Source of the DNA: a virus
Taxonomy: Duplodnaviria; Caudoviricetes
Direction: 5' to 3' (one strand)
Length of the DNA: 64,000 bases
IMG/VR virus record: IMGVR_UViG_3300031555_001441
Span: 32,001-96,000 of that record
The translations under genes and the position numbers were made by a program. Of the stretch, positions 51,157 through 61,098 are shown piece after piece. Below the pieces are notes generated by a model. It saw nothing but the letters and a program-made list of their open reading frames with translations. It was not told where the DNA came from and made no database searches. How positions within the stretch are numbered: the first letter of the stretch is position 1; each line of letters begins with the position of its first letter.

Positions 51157-51975
51157 TTATAAAAGGTCCATCATTTGTTGACCGGCAGTGGTTTGATTGC
51201 GTAGCTGCTGCGTTTGAGAGATATTAAGACTCAATTCAGGATGTTCGTTGTAACATCGTTGAATCCAGTATGTCTCTCTGTTCAGCAAGTTCTCCGTCAA
51301 CGAAACTATCTCGATTATCTCAAACAAATAATCTGTAATATTATCGACCGGGAAGCGATCCGTTTTCATGTGCTCTGCCCATCTGAACATAGGCATATAT
51401 TTTGTTTGGCCTACATAAAACTCTCGTGTAGATTTCTTTGTTATCTTATATATGTATCCAGCTATTTTTGATGTGAACATATCGCGTGTAACAAAGAACT
51501 CACTGTCATCTTCTGGTTTCAATTTGAGTTTTTCGTCATACTTGTATTGATCTTTACACTTTGTGCAACAGAACCGCTTGTATTTGTAGTCCTGAATATT
51601 GTAGAAATCATGACGAATCTCATAGTCCTCAAAGGCGATAGGCCTGCTGTAATATGTGGTCACATGTGCGTGACAGTTATCGCATTCAAACTCAATTCGG
51701 TTGAAATATCGCTCAGTTGTAAAGCAATGTTCCCCGATTATGATGCAATACATATCGCCGGGCTGAAGTTTCTTGCTGTATGCAAAAGGAATATTACCGT
51801 ATGTATCTCGTATTATAGATTTAAATTGATCTCGACTGTCGCACACTATCACATCCATCAATAACTCGATGTTAGATCCCTTACTAGCACTTGAGTAAAA
51901 TCCAAAGGCGATCTCATCAGTTGACGAGATCGGCTCTTCAGGCACTTGATAGATTCTGTATATTATTTCAAGCAT
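51157..51975 (-). CDS. Zn-finger + GIY-YIG endonuclease
   Basis: CDNC/CCTKC; GYIYKIT...YVGQT...RWAEH...RETYWI. Confidence 0.75.
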   Translation of the reverse strand: MLEIIYRIYQVPEEPISSTDEIAFGFYSSASKGSNIELLMDVIVCDSRDQFKSIIRDTYGNIPFAYSKKLQPGDMYCIIIGEHCFTTERYFNRIEFECDNCHAHVTTYYSRPIAFEDYEIRHDFYNIQDYKYKRFCCTKCKDQYKYDEKLKLKPEDDSEFFVTRDMFTSKIAGYIYKITKKSTREFYVGQTKYMPMFRWAEHMKTDRFPVDNITDYLFEIIEIVSLTENLLNRETYWIQRCYNEHPELSLNISQTQQLRNQTTAGQQMMDLL

Positions 51976-51976
51976 A

Positions 51977-52249
51977 TTATTCGGACGCTTCCTCTATACT
52001 GTCAATGGCTGCTTGAAGCGTATCCGCGGCATCTTCAAGCGAAGAGAGCGCTTCCTCCAGGTTGGAAACTGCGGCATCTGCTTTTTCATATCTTTCAGAA
52101 TTCTGAAAACTTTCAGGAATGTTGTCGCGACACTCTTCCTCTTCATCCTTTATGGATTCAAGATCATCTTTGGTAGATTCAATATCTCCGAGTATACTTT
52201 CAATTGCACTGATTACATCAGCAAGTGATTTACGTCTTACATCGTTCAT
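51977..52249 (-). CDS. Small coiled-coil phage protein
   Basis: MNDVRRK...DEEEECRDNIPE. Confidence 0.65.
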   Translation of the reverse strand: MNDVRRKSLADVISAIESILGDIESTKDDLESIKDEEEECRDNIPESFQNSERYEKADAAVSNLEEALSSLEDAADTLQAAIDSIEEASE

Positions 52250-52677
52250 TTTATATTCTCCTCATTTTTATGTATTTCATATTCACTGATAGTAGGCCAA
52301 TTTTCATCAGGCCAATCCATTCCAGGGTCATCTGCCCAAGGTTGATATGATTCTTCTTCATGAATGTAGTCAGCATACAACTGCTTCAACGAATCATCTG
52401 ATTCTGAATCCTTCTGGGCAGCTCGAATCAATGTGTCATCCGAATTGACAACTGATCGAGTTGTAGACACATCGTAGTATTCATCTTCTTCTGTATAAGG
52501 ATCAATTAGATCGCTTGGATCTTCCTCAAAGTATGGACAATGTAATACACCACCAAACTCTTCATATTCTGCAAACTCGAGATCCGTCATCAGATCCTCT
52601 TTAGTGCACTCTGAATAGCCCACACTGTAATCTTTAAACAGGTGTTTGCACCTACCGCACTTGATGTACTCAGTCAT
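52246..52677 (-). CDS. Hypothetical Cys/acidic protein
   Basis: ORF with AAGGAG RBS. Confidence 0.55.
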   Translation of the reverse strand: MTEYIKCGRCKHLFKDYSVGYSECTKEDLMTDLEFAEYEEFGGVLHCPYFEEDPSDLIDPYTEEDEYYDVSTTRSVVNSDDTLIRAAQKDSESDDSLKQLYADYIHEEESYQPWADDPGMDWPDENWPTISEYEIHKNEENIK

Positions 52678-52695
52678 TGTATCGTTCTCCTTCGC

Positions 52696-52902
52696 TCATC
52701 TCCCGCACAAGCTATCGTACTGCTTCTTTGTCATCAACACGATGTCATCTGAATGCTCTGCACGTCCGGTTTGAATCAGGTCTCGAACCTCTTCTTCGTT
52801 TATCTTAGTATCATTAAACAGGGCTACCAGATTCATCGAATACTCTCCACCGATAACTCGTGTGAATTCTATCATCATTATATGTTCAGTCATGTTGATC
52901 AT
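52696..52902 (-). CDS. Small hypothetical protein
   Basis: ORF with AAGGAG RBS. Confidence 0.55.
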   Translation of the reverse strand: MINMTEHIMMIEFTRVIGGEYSMNLVALFNDTKINEEEVRDLIQTGRAEHSDDIVLMTKKQYDSLCGR

Positions 52903-52908
52903 CGCTCC

Positions 52909-53196
52909 TTATCTATCGCCGAAGTATTCACCGTTCTCAATGTCGCGGACGCATCTGAGCAGTTCCTCAAGTGAGTTGCTGTTCATGATATCTTCCCACT
53001 CTCGAGGGCTGAGGACCTGACATTCTCTGTATCCGACGCGGCAGATGGTTGTCCACATCCAATCCTGACCCAGGTCAAGATAGACATCTTCGACTGTGTA
53101 AGTTGCGTTGTGCTTGCTGTCGTAAGTGAGCATCCGAGCTACTATCTGTAACTTCTTGTATTCTGGTTCGGTTTCTTTAACGATTCTGTATTTCAT
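52909..53196 (-). CDS. Small hypothetical protein
   Basis: ORF with GGAGG RBS. Confidence 0.6.
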   Translation of the reverse strand: MKYRIVKETEPEYKKLQIVARMLTYDSKHNATYTVEDVYLDLGQDWMWTTICRVGYRECQVLSPREWEDIMNSNSLEELLRCVRDIENGEYFGDR

Positions 53197-53197
53197 G

Positions 53198-53374
53198 TTA
53201 GTTGTCCTCCTTATAGATGAGATCGGCGAGTAGCTTGTCTACGGGCTTGCCGGTTGATTTTGATTCTTCAAATAACTTATTAGCGATTTTCTCGCTCTCA
53301 TTTCGCGTGTAGTTACCGACATCTTGAAGAATGTCGATAACTAACGCGAAGTTCTTAGTTGTTTTCAGCTTCAT
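53198..53374 (-). CDS. Small hypothetical protein (58 aa, MKLKTTKNFALV...)
   Basis: Own translation; GAGG RBS; fills the gap in the operon. Confidence 0.5.
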   Translation of the reverse strand: MKLKTTKNFALVIDILQDVGNYTRNESEKIANKLFEESKSTGKPVDKLLADLIYKEDN

Positions 53375-53603
53375 GTTCTACCTCGTCTCTGATTTCGAGG
53401 TCTATGTCTATGATTTCGTCCATTTCGACTCCGAGCTCTTCGAGCTCATGAATCAACTTTGTGACCTCCTGGCCGCCTTCAGATGTCTGATAATAATGAC
53501 GAGCAGCTTCTTTGAACTGATCAATTGTGCAATCGATAGCGTTGAGTCTCATCTGCTCCATCATGTAGTTGGTTCTGAGAACCATTCGGCTCAACGTCAT
53601 CAT
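53355..53603 (-). CDS. Small hypothetical protein
   Basis: ATG 53603 after GGAGG; overlaps the upstream stop. Confidence 0.55.
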   Translation of the reverse strand: MMTLSRMVLRTNYMMEQMRLNAIDCTIDQFKEAARHYYQTSEGGQEVTKLIHELEELGVEMDEIIDIDLEIRDEVEHEAENN

Positions 53604-53887
53604 ATCGCCACCTCCATTTCTACGATCTCTGAAGTAGATTTCCAGAAGTCTGTGTTCTCGGGATTCTTGTATGCGTAAGCTCTGACAACGTCGCACTTGC
53701 GAGTGTAACCATATGCTTTAACTGCAGCAGCATGAAGTTCTTTGTACATCCCGGTCTTCTTCGGATGGTCACCTAAGTAAGCGATAAGAGCTTCGTTTCT
53801 GCCGATGTAAGCGATTGCAGTCTCGCCTGCGAAGTTCGGATTCTCTAAAGTTGCGATAGATGTCTCTTTCACCATGTAATACTTCAT
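53600..53887 (-). CDS. Small hypothetical protein
   Basis: ORF with AAGGAG RBS. Confidence 0.6.
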   Translation of the reverse strand: MKYYMVKETSIATLENPNFAGETAIAYIGRNEALIAYLGDHPKKTGMYKELHAAAVKAYGYTRKCDVVRAYAYKNPENTDFWKSTSEIVEMEVAI

Positions 53888-54006
53888 CTTGTAAACTCCT
53901 TCTCTTGAAGAATTGATTTATTTTACAAGTATATTATAAGCCCTTCTGATTAAATCAGTATTATATATTTATTAAATTTTTATAAATTTTAAAGATCAAT
54001 ACATAG

Positions 54007-54033
54007 AAAAAGCTCCGATGTATTTCGGAGCTT
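54007..54033 (-). terminator. Terminator after amidase
   Basis: AAAGCTCCGA...TCGGAGCTTT. Confidence 0.65.
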
Positions 54034-54037
54034 TGTT

Positions 54038-55510
54038 TCATATTACTCTATTGAGTGCTTTATCATACGACCAAGGCTGTATTTGTTCAAATGCATGTGC
54101 AATAGCAAACACATCTTCATCTTGATACTGCTTTCCGATGATCTGCATCCCTACCGGAAGCCCATCGTTTGTCATACCTGCCGGAACAGATGCAGCTGGA
54201 TATCCGACGAAGTTGACCAGGGGTGTTTCGGCAAATGCAATGAATCCTATATTTGGATCAATTGCAACTCCGTCTACTTCCTTTACACATCCGTTGTCTT
54301 CATTGCGAAGCGGCGGACATATTGATGTCGGAGAGACGATTGCGTAATATCCTTGATCAAATACATCTTCAAAGTTGTCAAGAATATCTGTCCGAATCTC
54401 ATTGAACGTGCGCATGCTGTGAATATCAGTATCATATGCGATTTTATTGAATTTTATAAACTCTTCTGGTAGCTCATCTCTGTGATCCTTAACCAGATCG
54501 AGTCCTTGACCTCTCCATAACTCTAAGTCGAGAGCGGTATCAAGCGATATTGACCATGCCCAGCAATACATTATACTGTATGCGGGAAACTTGAAGTTGA
54601 AATTGACGAAGTCTACGTGTGCTCCAGCTTCTTCAAGTCGTTTAGCTGCATTGAATACTATTTCACGAACTTCACTATCCGTTGAGAAAAGATTGAAGTC
54701 ATATGTAAATGCGATCTTCTTTCCCTTGATCGGCTTCTTCATCAACTCTAAGAAATCCTTATTGTTGTTGATCGGAAGACTGATCGGATCTCTCGGATTG
54801 TATCTCGCCATTCCGTTGAGCATCTGCGCGCTATCTTCAACTGTTTTTGTAAGTGCACCATTGAAACAATATGGATGTGTAGCTGACCAACCATCTGGCC
54901 TACAGTAACTTGGAATAGTTCCCAGCGATGCTTTGAAGCCGAAAAGATTGCACCAGCCTGCGGGAATTCGTATAGATCCACCTGCATCTCCACCTTCCCC
55001 AAGAAGAATGAGACCGTCTGCAACAGCTGCTGCGGTACCGCCAGAAGATCCACCTGACGTTCTTCCGGTATCAAATGGATTCTTAGTAGCACCATACATC
55101 TTGTTGATGCAAGCTCCACTGAATCCAAATGCCGGCGCATTTGTTTTTCCTACCGCTATAGCACCAAATTCTTTTGCAGCGGTGTAAAACATAGAATCTG
55201 CATCGTCAACTGCAACGAGTGATTTTACGCCGCCGTGAGAATTTGTCCACCCCTTCTTAGATGGTAAGAAATCTTTAAGGGCAACAGGAACTCCAGCAAA
55301 AGGTCCACAGTATTCTCCTGACTGAATACGCTTTTCCAGCTGACGTGCTTCCTCCATTGCATCCTCAATCTTTGTGTAGGTAAATGCATTGATTGACGGA
55401 TTTCTAGCTTGTATGCGTTCTGCAAAGTAGTTGATTACTTCCGTAGGTGAAACTTGTTTAGTGTTAACAAGCTCACCTAACTGTACTCCGGATAATCTTT
55501 CCAGCTCCAT
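54038..55510 (-). CDS. Amidase-signature family enzyme (GatA-like fold)
   Basis: GVPVALKD, GKTN, GGSSGG, DAGGSIRIPA (intact Lys-Ser-Ser triad), GYPAASVPAG..GLPVGMQ. Confidence 0.9.
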   Translation of the reverse strand: MELERLSGVQLGELVNTKQVSPTEVINYFAERIQARNPSINAFTYTKIEDAMEEARQLEKRIQSGEYCGPFAGVPVALKDFLPSKKGWTNSHGGVKSLVAVDDADSMFYTAAKEFGAIAVGKTNAPAFGFSGACINKMYGATKNPFDTGRTSGGSSGGTAAAVADGLILLGEGGDAGGSIRIPAGWCNLFGFKASLGTIPSYCRPDGWSATHPYCFNGALTKTVEDSAQMLNGMARYNPRDPISLPINNNKDFLELMKKPIKGKKIAFTYDFNLFSTDSEVREIVFNAAKRLEEAGAHVDFVNFNFKFPAYSIMYCWAWSISLDTALDLELWRGQGLDLVKDHRDELPEEFIKFNKIAYDTDIHSMRTFNEIRTDILDNFEDVFDQGYYAIVSPTSICPPLRNEDNGCVKEVDGVAIDPNIGFIAFAETPLVNFVGYPAASVPAGMTNDGLPVGMQIIGKQYQDEDVFAIAHAFEQIQPWSYDKALNRVI

Positions 55511-55513
55511 AGA

Positions 55514-56251
55514 TTACACCTTCACATTGTATTTGTTGAGATATTCCGCACCGACATCTTCTTTCTTCCACTTCCTCGCTATCTTGTAGCCTAAAGGGGA
55601 GAAGATGGCTTCTATAGCGAGTTCCAAAAGCATCATCAAGAATGAACATACAAACACCTGCTGAATTGTCCATCCAAAGAAGATGAATGATACAAACAAT
55701 GCAAATATGAAGTTATCTACAAACTGACCGGCAGCTGTTGAAATGAAACTTCTTACAGCAAATCCGCCGAAAGTATCTTTCTTGTCAACAAGTTTACCTA
55801 TCCCTTTGTTGACAAGAGAATTAACTAGACCTCCAAGGAACATCGCCGCCGCTGAACCGACAACTACATACCATGTTGATGCAAACGTGGAATCCAGCGC
55901 AGCGTTGATAGCAGCACTGATTTCAGGGGTTGCTCCGGCATAACTAGATGCCCAGATTCCGGGAATAGAAACAATTGCAGCATATAGAAGTGCAGTAAGC
56001 AAACTTATTATTGTTGCAATTGTGTTGAGTATGGTTGCAGCTTTTGGTCCAAAGCGTTTGCAAACTGCATCCATACACAGAAATGATATCCATGAAACAA
56101 ATATGCCTGCAGTCGATGCTAACCACGGAAGGTTGAAAATCGACTTGTTGGCCAGTAAATTCATGGATATCACGGATAGAATGAATACTGCTGTTACGAT
56201 ACCTGGTATCGCTCTCATAGTGTCTTTGACTTGTGTTAACAATTTCTTCAT
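55514..56251 (-). CDS. VUT/YhhQ-family (queuosine precursor) transporter
   Basis: MNLLANK, ISFLCMD...FG, VGS..A...VNS, RSFIST..GQFVDN.IF; ATG 56251 after GGAGG. Confidence 0.85.
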   Translation of the reverse strand: MKKLLTQVKDTMRAIPGIVTAVFILSVISMNLLANKSIFNLPWLASTAGIFVSWISFLCMDAVCKRFGPKAATILNTIATIISLLTALLYAAIVSIPGIWASSYAGATPEISAAINAALDSTFASTWYVVVGSAAAMFLGGLVNSLVNKGIGKLVDKKDTFGGFAVRSFISTAAGQFVDNFIFALFVSFIFFGWTIQQVFVCSFLMMLLELAIEAIFSPLGYKIARKWKKEDVGAEYLNKYNVKV

Positions 56252-56260
56252 GTTAACTAC

Positions 56261-56314
56261 CTCCATTATTTTTATTTTAAGACGGGCTGTCAGGATGTTA
56301 CAAAACCGTCTTAT
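56261..56314 (-). promoter_or_regulatory. Candidate preQ1-I-like riboswitch
   Basis: AAGACGG/CCGTCTT stem with GGUU...CCC at the stem-loop junctions, then an A-rich tail running into the transporter RBS. Confidence 0.4.
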
Positions 56315-56332
56315 TTGCATTCTTCGTATTGA

Positions 56333-56839
56333 TTATTTGTTTCTATCTAAAACAGAAGAGTAGTCGCCTACACGAAGATCGTTGCAGATATCTCTGACCT
56401 TCTTGAGCAGATGCCGCACATTTCGACAATCTTCTTTATTAATCAATACAGTGTATATGATAGGGCTATCTGGTTGCAGATCTGTAAGCTTCATAGGATG
56501 ATCAGATACTCTGAATTTGACTTCAACAGGTTGTCCTAGTATATCTTCAAGACCTTCATAGTACTCCGGTTTAACTGCAATGTAGTACGAATAGCTGTCC
56601 CCACTTTGATATTCGTGCAGTATTTGCAAACCATGATGCAGTATGATCTGCATCACGTTGTATATCAAGTCGTTGTATGCTGCTCTTTGTTCTTCAGTTA
56701 TTTGATATTCTTGCTGAATACTAGATCGACGAGTTAAGTAATCAACAGTTCGTGCTGCAGCTACATCATCCGAGTAATGATTCAAAATTACATCAATGCA
56801 AATCAAGTATCGTGGAGCATTCTGTGTTGATCTTTTCAT
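56333..56839 (-). CDS. Hypothetical protein
   Basis: 168-aa ORF; FRVSDH motif. Confidence 0.6.
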   Translation of the reverse strand: MKRSTQNAPRYLICIDVILNHYSDDVAAARTVDYLTRRSSIQQEYQITEEQRAAYNDLIYNVMQIILHHGLQILHEYQSGDSYSYYIAVKPEYYEGLEDILGQPVEVKFRVSDHPMKLTDLQPDSPIIYTVLINKEDCRNVRHLLKKVRDICNDLRVGDYSSVLDRNK

Positions 56840-56881
56840 TCTTATTTCCTACTTCAGTTATATATATACTATAACGATTCA

Positions 56882-57325
56882 TCAATAGTGACCATACAAA
56901 TCTTCGTCAGTTTCTTCTTCCTCACTACGCCATTCAAATTCAAACGGACCGTCACATTCATATATAGATCCACGTTTACCTACATCATAGCTGCTGAGAT
57001 AGTCTTCATCAAGACATTCATCTGCAAGTTTCTTAAGCAAGTCCTCGTAATCGTCTTCGCTGTGGCAATCTTCGATACCTTCAAGTATGTAGCGCGCGCC
57101 GTCTGCATATTTGTAGAGCCAGTTAGCATAATCAGACAGATCGTTTGCCCAGCCCTCAAGATCATATGTGTTATCAAATACGTCACCGTCATTGTACCAT
57201 TTGTAAATCAACTTGTTGATAGCAGTGACGATTTGATTCATCATCTTTTCGCCTTCGCCACGGTCTGGAAGATACTTATTAAGTATATCTTCAAATTTAT
57301 TGTAGTAACTCCATTCAACTGACAT
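56882..57325 (-). CDS. Hypothetical acidic protein
   Basis: YKWYNDGD motif; AGGAG RBS. Confidence 0.65.
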   Translation of the reverse strand: MSVEWSYYNKFEDILNKYLPDRGEGEKMMNQIVTAINKLIYKWYNDGDVFDNTYDLEGWANDLSDYANWLYKYADGARYILEGIEDCHSEDDYEDLLKKLADECLDEDYLSSYDVGKRGSIYECDGPFEFEWRSEEEETDEDLYGHY

Positions 57326-57378
57326 TTGTTATTATCTCCTATTACGTTTATTTATGTATATATAAGGTATGCTACGAA

Positions 57379-58113
57379 TTAATCAAATTTATATTTTCTG
57401 CGAATTGATGCAAATACAGATCCGTCGTAATCTTCAAACAGCTCCTCAGGTGTTCCTTCAAACAGCGTGATCTCCGGTGGATTTGTTTCAGCATCATGTC
57501 CTATCCAAATACGTGCGGGCATATTATTTATATTACCGAAGGTGTCCCACATGAAGTTTTCTATTGTAGATCGCCAGTTGTATCCTTGTGAAGATATTCT
57601 GAAGTAGATAGTATCTTCTCCAACAGAATCCAATTTACCTCCAGCTCGAACCCTTAGAAAATTCTGATTCAAATAGTATGCAATCTTACCTGCAATCTTA
57701 ACATCGTCAAGTCGTTCCCAATTCTCAATGATAGCGAAACTTTCATCCTCTTTCATACCTGTCATGATATCAAGAAGAAGCGATTTTGTTGTCTCACATG
57801 GATCATAAGTATCACAGTACATGATATTGTAGAGAAGATCATCAAACGTAGCATCATAATCGGCATACAATTCTTGTGATACACGAACATACAACCAGTC
57901 TGTAGCAGCTTTACGTATTGGACCACTTAGATCATTATCAAATATCCAGTCAACAACACGTTCAATTTCTGAATAATTATCTTGAGCTGTTCCTGGATTC
58001 GGATGATATGCGTTGTCAATACAGTTATATACATCTCCGTACTTATCTAACATCACGCATTCACCATGGATGACGTATCCTGTAGGTGCTTTATTACACA
58101 GTATCTTTTTCAT
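57379..58113 (-). CDS. Hypothetical protein
   Basis: 244-aa ORF. Confidence 0.6.
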   Translation of the reverse strand: MKKILCNKAPTGYVIHGECVMLDKYGDVYNCIDNAYHPNPGTAQDNYSEIERVVDWIFDNDLSGPIRKAATDWLYVRVSQELYADYDATFDDLLYNIMYCDTYDPCETTKSLLLDIMTGMKEDESFAIIENWERLDDVKIAGKIAYYLNQNFLRVRAGGKLDSVGEDTIYFRISSQGYNWRSTIENFMWDTFGNINNMPARIWIGHDAETNPPEITLFEGTPEELFEDYDGSVFASIRRKYKFD

Positions 58114-58496
58114 CAGAATAAGAATTCATACTCCTTATATGCTTTTGAGATGCGTTTGCATATCTTTTTAAAGATCAACGCAGCCCCTTCCTCTATATTA
58201 TATAACGATTCTGGTTCATAAATATCGAAACCAAGTGTTCTCTCTTCAGGGCTGAGTTCTATCACATTGACTCTTATTTTGTTGAGATATGTCGTGATAT
58301 TGAGGTCTAACACCATTTCATGAACTTCAGGATCTGATACATTTTCCACATATGGCTCTCTATATAGTAAGGTGATGTATACATCGAATGTGTTAGGCGT
58401 AGTTTTGAATTTAAATGCACCGTCAAGCCAGTTATACATGTATCGACCTATCATGTTAACTTGTTGACTTGCAGGAATCTTCTTAAATGTTTTCAT
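58113..58496 (-). CDS. Hypothetical protein
   Basis: ORF coupled to its neighbours. Confidence 0.6.
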   Translation of the reverse strand: MKTFKKIPASQQVNMIGRYMYNWLDGAFKFKTTPNTFDVYITLLYREPYVENVSDPEVHEMVLDLNITTYLNKIRVNVIELSPEERTLGFDIYEPESLYNIEEGAALIFKKICKRISKAYKEYEFLF

Positions 58497-59776
58497 GTTA
58501 TATCCGTCCATTCTCCATTTACATATCTATGTATCTTTAGTTTGCGTTCCCACTGTCCTGCAGATGAATTATACTGCCATAAGCCTAGGCTTGATATCGG
58601 AACAGCTACCCAAGTTCCTGTAGTTGCATCATATTTATGTACGATTGAAGCTGCGGGGGTTTGTGACCAGTTAGAATACAGCTGTATTAAACTAGAATCC
58701 GACGGCAGCGGATCAGATGGCTGAATCAGCGTTCCACCAGGTGTCAGTGACCATCCGTCAAAAGTATATCCAGTTCGAGTAGGTACTGGAAGCTGTCCAA
58801 ACACAGGCTGTTGCCACTGTGCATACAATGTTAAATTAGCATTACTTGTATATGATTGTGCAACTGTGTATGTGGTTCCGGTTCCGGCTGCATTAGTATT
58901 CCAATTGATAAATGTTTTGGTGTATCGTTGCGTTTCAGGAGTTGCTACATCTGAAGGCACATTGAAATGAACAAAATATGGACCCGCAGGAACATCAGGA
59001 CCGCGTCTTATCAATATAGGGCCATCTAAAGATTTGACAGCTACATATGTAGAAGTGTTCCCGTCAAACTGTCCTCCGTTAGCATTATATGTTATCACAG
59101 CATTTTCAAGTGCATCTTTTAATGAGAATGTAGATGCCCATCCCCACCAGTCAGCTCCAGAAGTGTGTGTGGTAAATTGATTAAATTTAACATACAAACT
59201 CGCAAACGCGTTCATGGACTGATACTCTGATTTAAGATAGAAATATAATCTTTCATTAGATGTATCTGCAATGAATGTAGCTGTAGCACCATCAGGAGCA
59301 TCTGTATATACATCACCATCAGATAGTACACGAGTTGCTACCACAATGTGAGGAGGTTCATACATGTGCGAAGTTGGATCATATATCGAAGAATCTGTTG
59401 ATGCAAATATCGCATTTATACGAGGTAAAGATGCACCTCCAATTGTCCACGAATAGGGATTAACAGCTGGAAGTGATGTGATTCCATATTGACTTGATGT
59501 TATGTGATTGTATACTAGTTCAACTTCTTTATTTGTTCCTGATGTATTGACTGCGCTATCAGGAGTTAATATTAGATACAGACCAAATGGTCGCTGGTTG
59601 AGCCAGCGTGCATTATGTGCTGAATACTTAGATCGGACGAGTTTCAAATATGTGATATAGATTTTTGCAGGATTGGATTCGTCAACTTCTAAGGTAGCCG
59701 TAAGTCTATCTTCGCCCGTACCTCCTACTTCAGTCCCAACTAAATGATTAACTATCTTATATTTAAATCTTGCCAT
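58493..59776 (-). CDS. InlB B-repeat (Listeria-Bacteroides repeat) virion/adhesin protein
   Basis: ITYNANGG, FINWNTNAAGTG, TLYAQW, PTRTGYTFDGW. Confidence 0.75.
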   Translation of the reverse strand: MARFKYKIVNHLVGTEVGGTGEDRLTATLEVDESNPAKIYITYLKLVRSKYSAHNARWLNQRPFGLYLILTPDSAVNTSGTNKEVELVYNHITSSQYGITSLPAVNPYSWTIGGASLPRINAIFASTDSSIYDPTSHMYEPPHIVVATRVLSDGDVYTDAPDGATATFIADTSNERLYFYLKSEYQSMNAFASLYVKFNQFTTHTSGADWWGWASTFSLKDALENAVITYNANGGQFDGNTSTYVAVKSLDGPILIRRGPDVPAGPYFVHFNVPSDVATPETQRYTKTFINWNTNAAGTGTTYTVAQSYTSNANLTLYAQWQQPVFGQLPVPTRTGYTFDGWSLTPGGTLIQPSDPLPSDSSLIQLYSNWSQTPAASIVHKYDATTGTWVAVPISSLGLWQYNSSAGQWERKLKIHRYVNGEWTDIT

Positions 59777-59805
59777 ATGTGTTCACCTGCTGTAAATTTA
59801 ACTGA

Positions 59806-61032
59806 TCACCAGCCGATGCCGATAGAACCATCAGGAATATTAGGATCAGCTAGCGGTTCAGTTTTTGAAATATATAGACGAACTGCAGCATTAGTTCCGG
59901 GATGGAATGTTATGTATCCATTCGGCATGTCTTCTTTGATAGATTTTAGATGATATCCGAGTATATCAATAGCTTCATTGCGAGCTAGTGCATTTAACAA
60001 CATTGACCATATTATATTGTGACTGTGATCGAGGTCTCTTGCTTCAATAGTTGAAGGTGAGGAAGGAAGCGACGGTACTACAGTATTAGGATTCTCTGAG
60101 ATAGTATAATCAACACCATCTTCATCAGTGAGCGATAGTGCTTTGAATGTGTCACCAGATTGATCAAATTCTACCAGCTGTGCCGGACCTTGTGTGTGCG
60201 AATATGGATCATTATAGTTGATGCTGTTGACCAATATTTCTACAGATTCTGGAAGGTACTGTAGATAAAGATTTGGTACTGTGAATATTACTTTTGCTGC
60301 CCAAGGGAATACAGCCGGACCTAAGTAGTCGCCATCTTGCGGATCTGCAGTTGTCCAAGAGTCCATTCCAGCTGTCCCATTCAGTACGCTGCTATCTGTA
60401 AATCCTGTTAATATGATATAGGGTTCACGACCTGCTTGAATTTTAGAAGTCAGTTCTAGTCGTAATACAGGAGCTACAGAGAGGTCCGGTGTAAATGCAG
60501 ATACAGGCTCAGTAGCTGACTGAGGTGTCCATGTACCTGCTTGAAGAAGTATGCCGTCAAGTATCTTAGGATAGCTCTCATTTAATCTAAGACGTCGTTT
60601 CTGAAGCATCCATCCTGATATATCCGAAGACATCGGAAGTTGTGCGGGGTCTGCTACTGATCCAGATGGATGATTATCAGGATCATTTCCAAGCATCCAT
60701 CCGTAACTTTGAACTTTGTACGGAAAGATTGTTTCACCTGATTCAAATAGACCTTCGCCATCGAAGTAAGAAGCATATATAGTATTCGCTGCCCTCAATC
60801 TAGTATTTGTAGGTAGTTGAATATCTAATCGATATCTACGTGCAGAGCCTACATACGTACCGAGATCTGCAGGTACTCGTAGTACAAGCGACGTGCCCAT
60901 AGCAATAGACGACGATAACCATTCCTTGGGAGATGCTGGAACAGCATCAGGATCTGTAGATTTGACTTGTTTCACATACTCTTCATAAGCATTCAAGCCC
61001 ATCACACGACCTTCATCCCATAATTCTGCCAT
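59806..61032 (-). CDS. Putative tail/baseplate-associated protein
   Basis: GLNAYEEYV...EWL N-terminus; C-terminal LYISKTEP...GSIGIGW; class-B promoter upstream. Confidence 0.5.
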   Translation of the reverse strand: MAELWDEGRVMGLNAYEEYVKQVKSTDPDAVPASPKEWLSSSIAMGTSLVLRVPADLGTYVGSARRYRLDIQLPTNTRLRAANTIYASYFDGEGLFESGETIFPYKVQSYGWMLGNDPDNHPSGSVADPAQLPMSSDISGWMLQKRRLRLNESYPKILDGILLQAGTWTPQSATEPVSAFTPDLSVAPVLRLELTSKIQAGREPYIILTGFTDSSVLNGTAGMDSWTTADPQDGDYLGPAVFPWAAKVIFTVPNLYLQYLPESVEILVNSINYNDPYSHTQGPAQLVEFDQSGDTFKALSLTDEDGVDYTISENPNTVVPSLPSSPSTIEARDLDHSHNIIWSMLLNALARNEAIDILGYHLKSIKEDMPNGYITFHPGTNAAVRLYISKTEPLADPNIPDGSIGIGW

Positions 61033-61098
61033 AATATGTTAAACCTCCTAGATTCACGATTGTATACTTTTATAGAAGGTTTACATGCATATGAATAT

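Noticed and set aside
54038-55510. gatA (Glu-tRNA amidotransferase) annotation
   Set aside because: No gatB or gatC is nearby, and GEGGDAGGS differs from the usual GatA GSDTGGS; only the amidase-signature fold is supported.
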